DNA of 64,000 bases from Rhizobium sp. Q54. GTDB taxonomy: Bacteria; Pseudomonadota; Alphaproteobacteria; UBA828. Location: the NCBI GenBank assembly GCA_945892755.1, contig CAMDDO010000002.1, positions 58,418-122,417 on the forward strand, in the 5' to 3' direction. A model generated the notes under the pieces. The model was not told the DNA's origin. It was given only the letters and a program-made list of their open reading frames with translations, and did no database searches. The position numbers and the translations under genes are program-made. This document shows, one piece after another, positions 61,272 through 64,000 of this stretch (the stretch's first letter is position 1; each line of letters starts with the position of its first letter).

Positions 61272-61969
61272 CCGGCACGCTTTTTGGCCTCGGCATCGGA
61301 CCGGGCGATCCCGAGCTGATCACGCTCAAGGCGCACGCAATTTTGACGCGCGTCAAGGTGATTGCCTATCCGGCACCCGAACATGGCGAAAGCCTGGCGC
61401 GCCGGATCGTCGCGCCGCATCTGCCAGGCACGCAACGCGAGATCGCGATACGCATGCCGCTCGATGCCGCGCGTTTTCCCGCCCGCGAGGTCTATGACGA
61501 GGCCGCGCGCGAGATTCGTGCCGTGCTCGATGCCGGCGAGGACGTTGCCGCGCTATGCGAGGGCGATCCCTTTCTCTATGGTTCGTTCGCCTATTTGTTC
61601 GCGCGCCTTGCCTCGACCCATAAGGTCGTGGTCGTGCCCGGCGTTTCCTCGCTCACCGCCGCCGCCGCCGCGACCGGACAGCCGCTCGCGCTTCAGCGCG
61701 ATGTGTTGACCGTGATCCCCGCGCCGCTGCCCGATGCCGATATCGCGCGGCGCCTCGAAGATAGCGACAGCGCGGCGATCATGAAGCTAGGCCGACATCT
61801 TGGCCGCGTGCGTGCGCTGCTCGTCGCGCTTGGGTTGATTGAACGAGCCTGGTACATCGAGCACGCCACGATGGCGGCGCAGAAGGTGCTGCCCTTGGCG
61901 CACGCGCCCGAGGCCGCGCCCTATTTCTCGCTGATCCTGATCACCAGCAAAGAGACACCCCGCCTGTGA
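61268..61969 (+). CDS. cobI: Precorrin-2 C20-methyltransferase
   Basis: GIGPGDPELIT, EGDPFLYGSF, VPGVSS, PYFS; GTGA overlap with cobL. Confidence 0.94.
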   Translation: MTGTLFGLGIGPGDPELITLKAHAILTRVKVIAYPAPEHGESLARRIVAPHLPGTQREIAIRMPLDAARFPAREVYDEAAREIRAVLDAGEDVAALCEGDPFLYGSFAYLFARLASTHKVVVVPGVSSLTAAAAATGQPLALQRDVLTVIPAPLPDADIARRLEDSDSAAIMKLGRHLGRVRALLVALGLIERAWYIEHATMAAQKVLPLAHAPEAAPYFSLILITSKETPRL

Positions 61970-63768
61970 GCGAAACGCCCGCCATCATTGCCCTTACGCC
62001 CGGCGGCCTCGCGCTCGCCCAGCGCCTTGCGGGCCATGTGCCCGGCGCGCTCGTGCACGCAACCGAGAACGCCGGCAAAGGCGATGTCGCGATCGGCCGC
62101 GTGATCTCCCATGTCCGCGCGCTGTTCGAGGCCAATACGCCGATCATTGGTATTTGCGCCGCAGGCATTCTGATTCGGAGCGTCGCGCCCGCGCTTGTCG
62201 ACAAGACCAAGGAACCGCCGGTGCTTGCGGTCGCCGAAGATGGTAGCACGGTCGTGCCGCTGCTTGGCGGCCACCGTGGCGCCAACCGTATTGCGCGTGA
62301 GATCGCCGGGGCGCTTGGCATCAAGGCCGCGCTCACCACCGCGAGTGACGTGAGCCTTGGCACGGCGCTCGACGATCCGCCGGCCGGATACAAATTGGCG
62401 CCGCACTCGAACATCAAAGATGTCGCCGCCGCGCTGCTCGCGGGCGACGCCGTCAACCTCGAGGTCGAGGCCGGCGACGCCGCTTGGCTTGATAACGCGG
62501 CGATCCACCACGATTCCTCGGTGCACGCCGGTATTCTGATTACCGATCGCGCCGTGTTGCCGGGTCCACACACCGTGGTCTACCACCCGGCGGTCCTGGC
62601 GGTCGGCGTAGGCTGTGTGCGCGGTGCTGCCGCGGAGGAGGTGATCGGACTGATTGAAGCCGCGCTTCATGAGGCCGACCTTGCGCCGGCCGCGATCGGC
62701 GGTCTCTTCTCACTCGATCTCAAGCTCGACGAACCGGCTTTTCATGTCGCGTCGCGCCATTTCAACGTGCCGTTTCGCACATTCGATACGCCGGCCCTTG
62801 CGGCCGAGGCCGATCGTTTGGCGACGCCGTCCGACGCGGTGGAGCAGGCGATCGGACTCAAGGGCGTTGCCGAAGCCGCCGCGCTCGCGGCCGCCGGCCC
62901 ACACGGCAAGCTGATCCTGCCGAAGCGAAGCAACCGTTCGGCCACGTGCGCCATTGCGCGCGCGCCTCTGCCCATCGAGGCCGAGCGGCTCGGTCATCGC
63001 CAGGGCGAGCTCGCGGTGATCGGTATCGGGCCCGGCACGAGCGCCTGGCGTACGCCCGAGGCGCACGCGGCTTTAGCCGCCGCCGACGACATCATCGGCT
63101 ATTCGCTTTATCTCGATCTGCTTGGTCCGCTGATCGGCACCAAGGCGCGGCACGACTACGCGCTTGGCGAGGAAGCCGCACGCGCCGAGGCCGCGCTCGA
63201 ACTCGCCGCCAAGGGACGGCACGTCGCGCTGATCTCATCGGGCGATGCCGGGATTTACGGCATGGCCTCGCTCGCGCTCGAAACCATCGAGGCGCGGCTC
63301 GACGATGCGGCGCACCGCACCAGCTTTCGCGTGTTGCCGGGCGTTTCGGCGCTCCAAGCCGCCGCGGCGCGTGCCGGCGCGCCCTTAGGTCATGATTTCT
63401 GCGTGCTCTCGCTCTCGGACCGTCTGACCCCGCTCGCGGTGATCGAACAGCGATTGGCAGCGGCGATCGAAGGCGATTTCGTCATCGCGCTGTTCAACCC
63501 GGCGGGCCAGACACGGCGCGAGCCGCTGAGCCGCGCGCTCCGCCAATTGCGCACCGCGCGACCGCCCGCCTGCCCGATCGTCGTCGCGCGCGAACTTGGC
63601 CGGCCCGACGAGCGCGTCATTGTCACGACGCTCGGCGCGCTCGATGAAGCAAGCATCGACATGCTGAGCCTCCTGATCATTGGCAATAGCACGTCACGCA
63701 TCGTGCGCCATGGTGGCGTCGACTATGTCTTGACGCCGCGTGGCTATCGGGTGACGCCCGCGCGATGA
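61966..63768 (+). CDS. cobJ: CbiG-CobJ fusion (precorrin-3B C17-methyltransferase)
   Basis: CbiG part: GILIR..DK..EPPV..LGGH.GAN, GVGC, GVAEAAA. CobJ part: [29 protein letters not shown]. Confidence 0.93.
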   Translation: MSETPAIIALTPGGLALAQRLAGHVPGALVHATENAGKGDVAIGRVISHVRALFEANTPIIGICAAGILIRSVAPALVDKTKEPPVLAVAEDGSTVVPLLGGHRGANRIAREIAGALGIKAALTTASDVSLGTALDDPPAGYKLAPHSNIKDVAAALLAGDAVNLEVEAGDAAWLDNAAIHHDSSVHAGILITDRAVLPGPHTVVYHPAVLAVGVGCVRGAAAEEVIGLIEAALHEADLAPAAIGGLFSLDLKLDEPAFHVASRHFNVPFRTFDTPALAAEADRLATPSDAVEQAIGLKGVAEAAALAAAGPHGKLILPKRSNRSATCAIARAPLPIEAERLGHRQGELAVIGIGPGTSAWRTPEAHAALAAADDIIGYSLYLDLLGPLIGTKARHDYALGEEAARAEAALELAAKGRHVALISSGDAGIYGMASLALETIEARLDDAAHRTSFRVLPGVSALQAAAARAGAPLGHDFCVLSLSDRLTPLAVIEQRLAAAIEGDFVIALFNPAGQTRREPLSRALRQLRTARPPACPIVVARELGRPDERVIVTTLGALDEASIDMLSLLIIGNSTSRIVRHGGVDYVLTPRGYRVTPAR

Positions 63769-64000
63769 CGGTTCATTTCATCGGCGCGGGGCCGGGCGCG
63801 CCTGACCTCATCACCGTGCGTGGGCTCAATCTGATCAGTCGTTGCCCGCTCGTGCTCTATGCCGGCTCGCTCGTGCCGCGCGCCCTGCTCGCGAAAGCCC
63901 GCAAGAGCGCGACGATCATCGATACCGCCTCGCTGACCCTCGATGAGATCATCGCGGCGATCGAGGCCGCGCATCGGGCCGGCAAAAATATCGCCCGCGT
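63765..64000 (+). CDS. cobM: Precorrin-4 C11-methyltransferase, 3'-truncated by window edge
   Basis: [27 protein letters not shown]; ATGA overlap with cobJ. Confidence 0.92.
   Translation, partial: MTVHFIGAGPGAPDLITVRGLNLISRCPLVLYAGSLVPRALLAKARKSATIIDTASLTLDEIIAAIEAAHRAGKNIAR

Overview
GC-rich alphaproteobacterial chromosomal window; gene content and order look Rhodospirillales-like (inference). It is mostly core metabolism. In order: a 5'-truncated PAS hybrid histidine kinase, mutY, dciA-like, dsbA, smc, the F0 ATP synthase operon, gcvTHP under a tandem glycine riboswitch, thrB-rnhA, a peroxiredoxin, yqgE, an extended aa3 cytochrome c oxidase operon (coxB-coxA-ctaB-small ORF-ctaG-coxC-DUF983-SURF1-M32-thrC-M16-tusA-rimJ), tldD, ggt and an amidohydrolase, gmd-fcl-gmhB, mmcB with a LexA box, regBA, an ABC-2 exporter and a large cobalamin cluster with a B12 riboswitch. 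I saw no tRNA, rRNA, CRISPR array, transposase or prophage. The least-explained signals are four. (1) A three-copy structured intergenic repeat family with compensatory stem changes; one copy lies in a chain of four ATGA-coupled junctions linking an ABC ATPase to its permease. (2) A two-gene operon of paralogous secreted Cys-motif proteins of unknown function. (3) A frameshifted mmcB. (4) An inverted cbiB splitting a cob cluster that carries both CobN and an Fe-S-type CbiX. All calls come from reading motifs by eye; no database searches were run.
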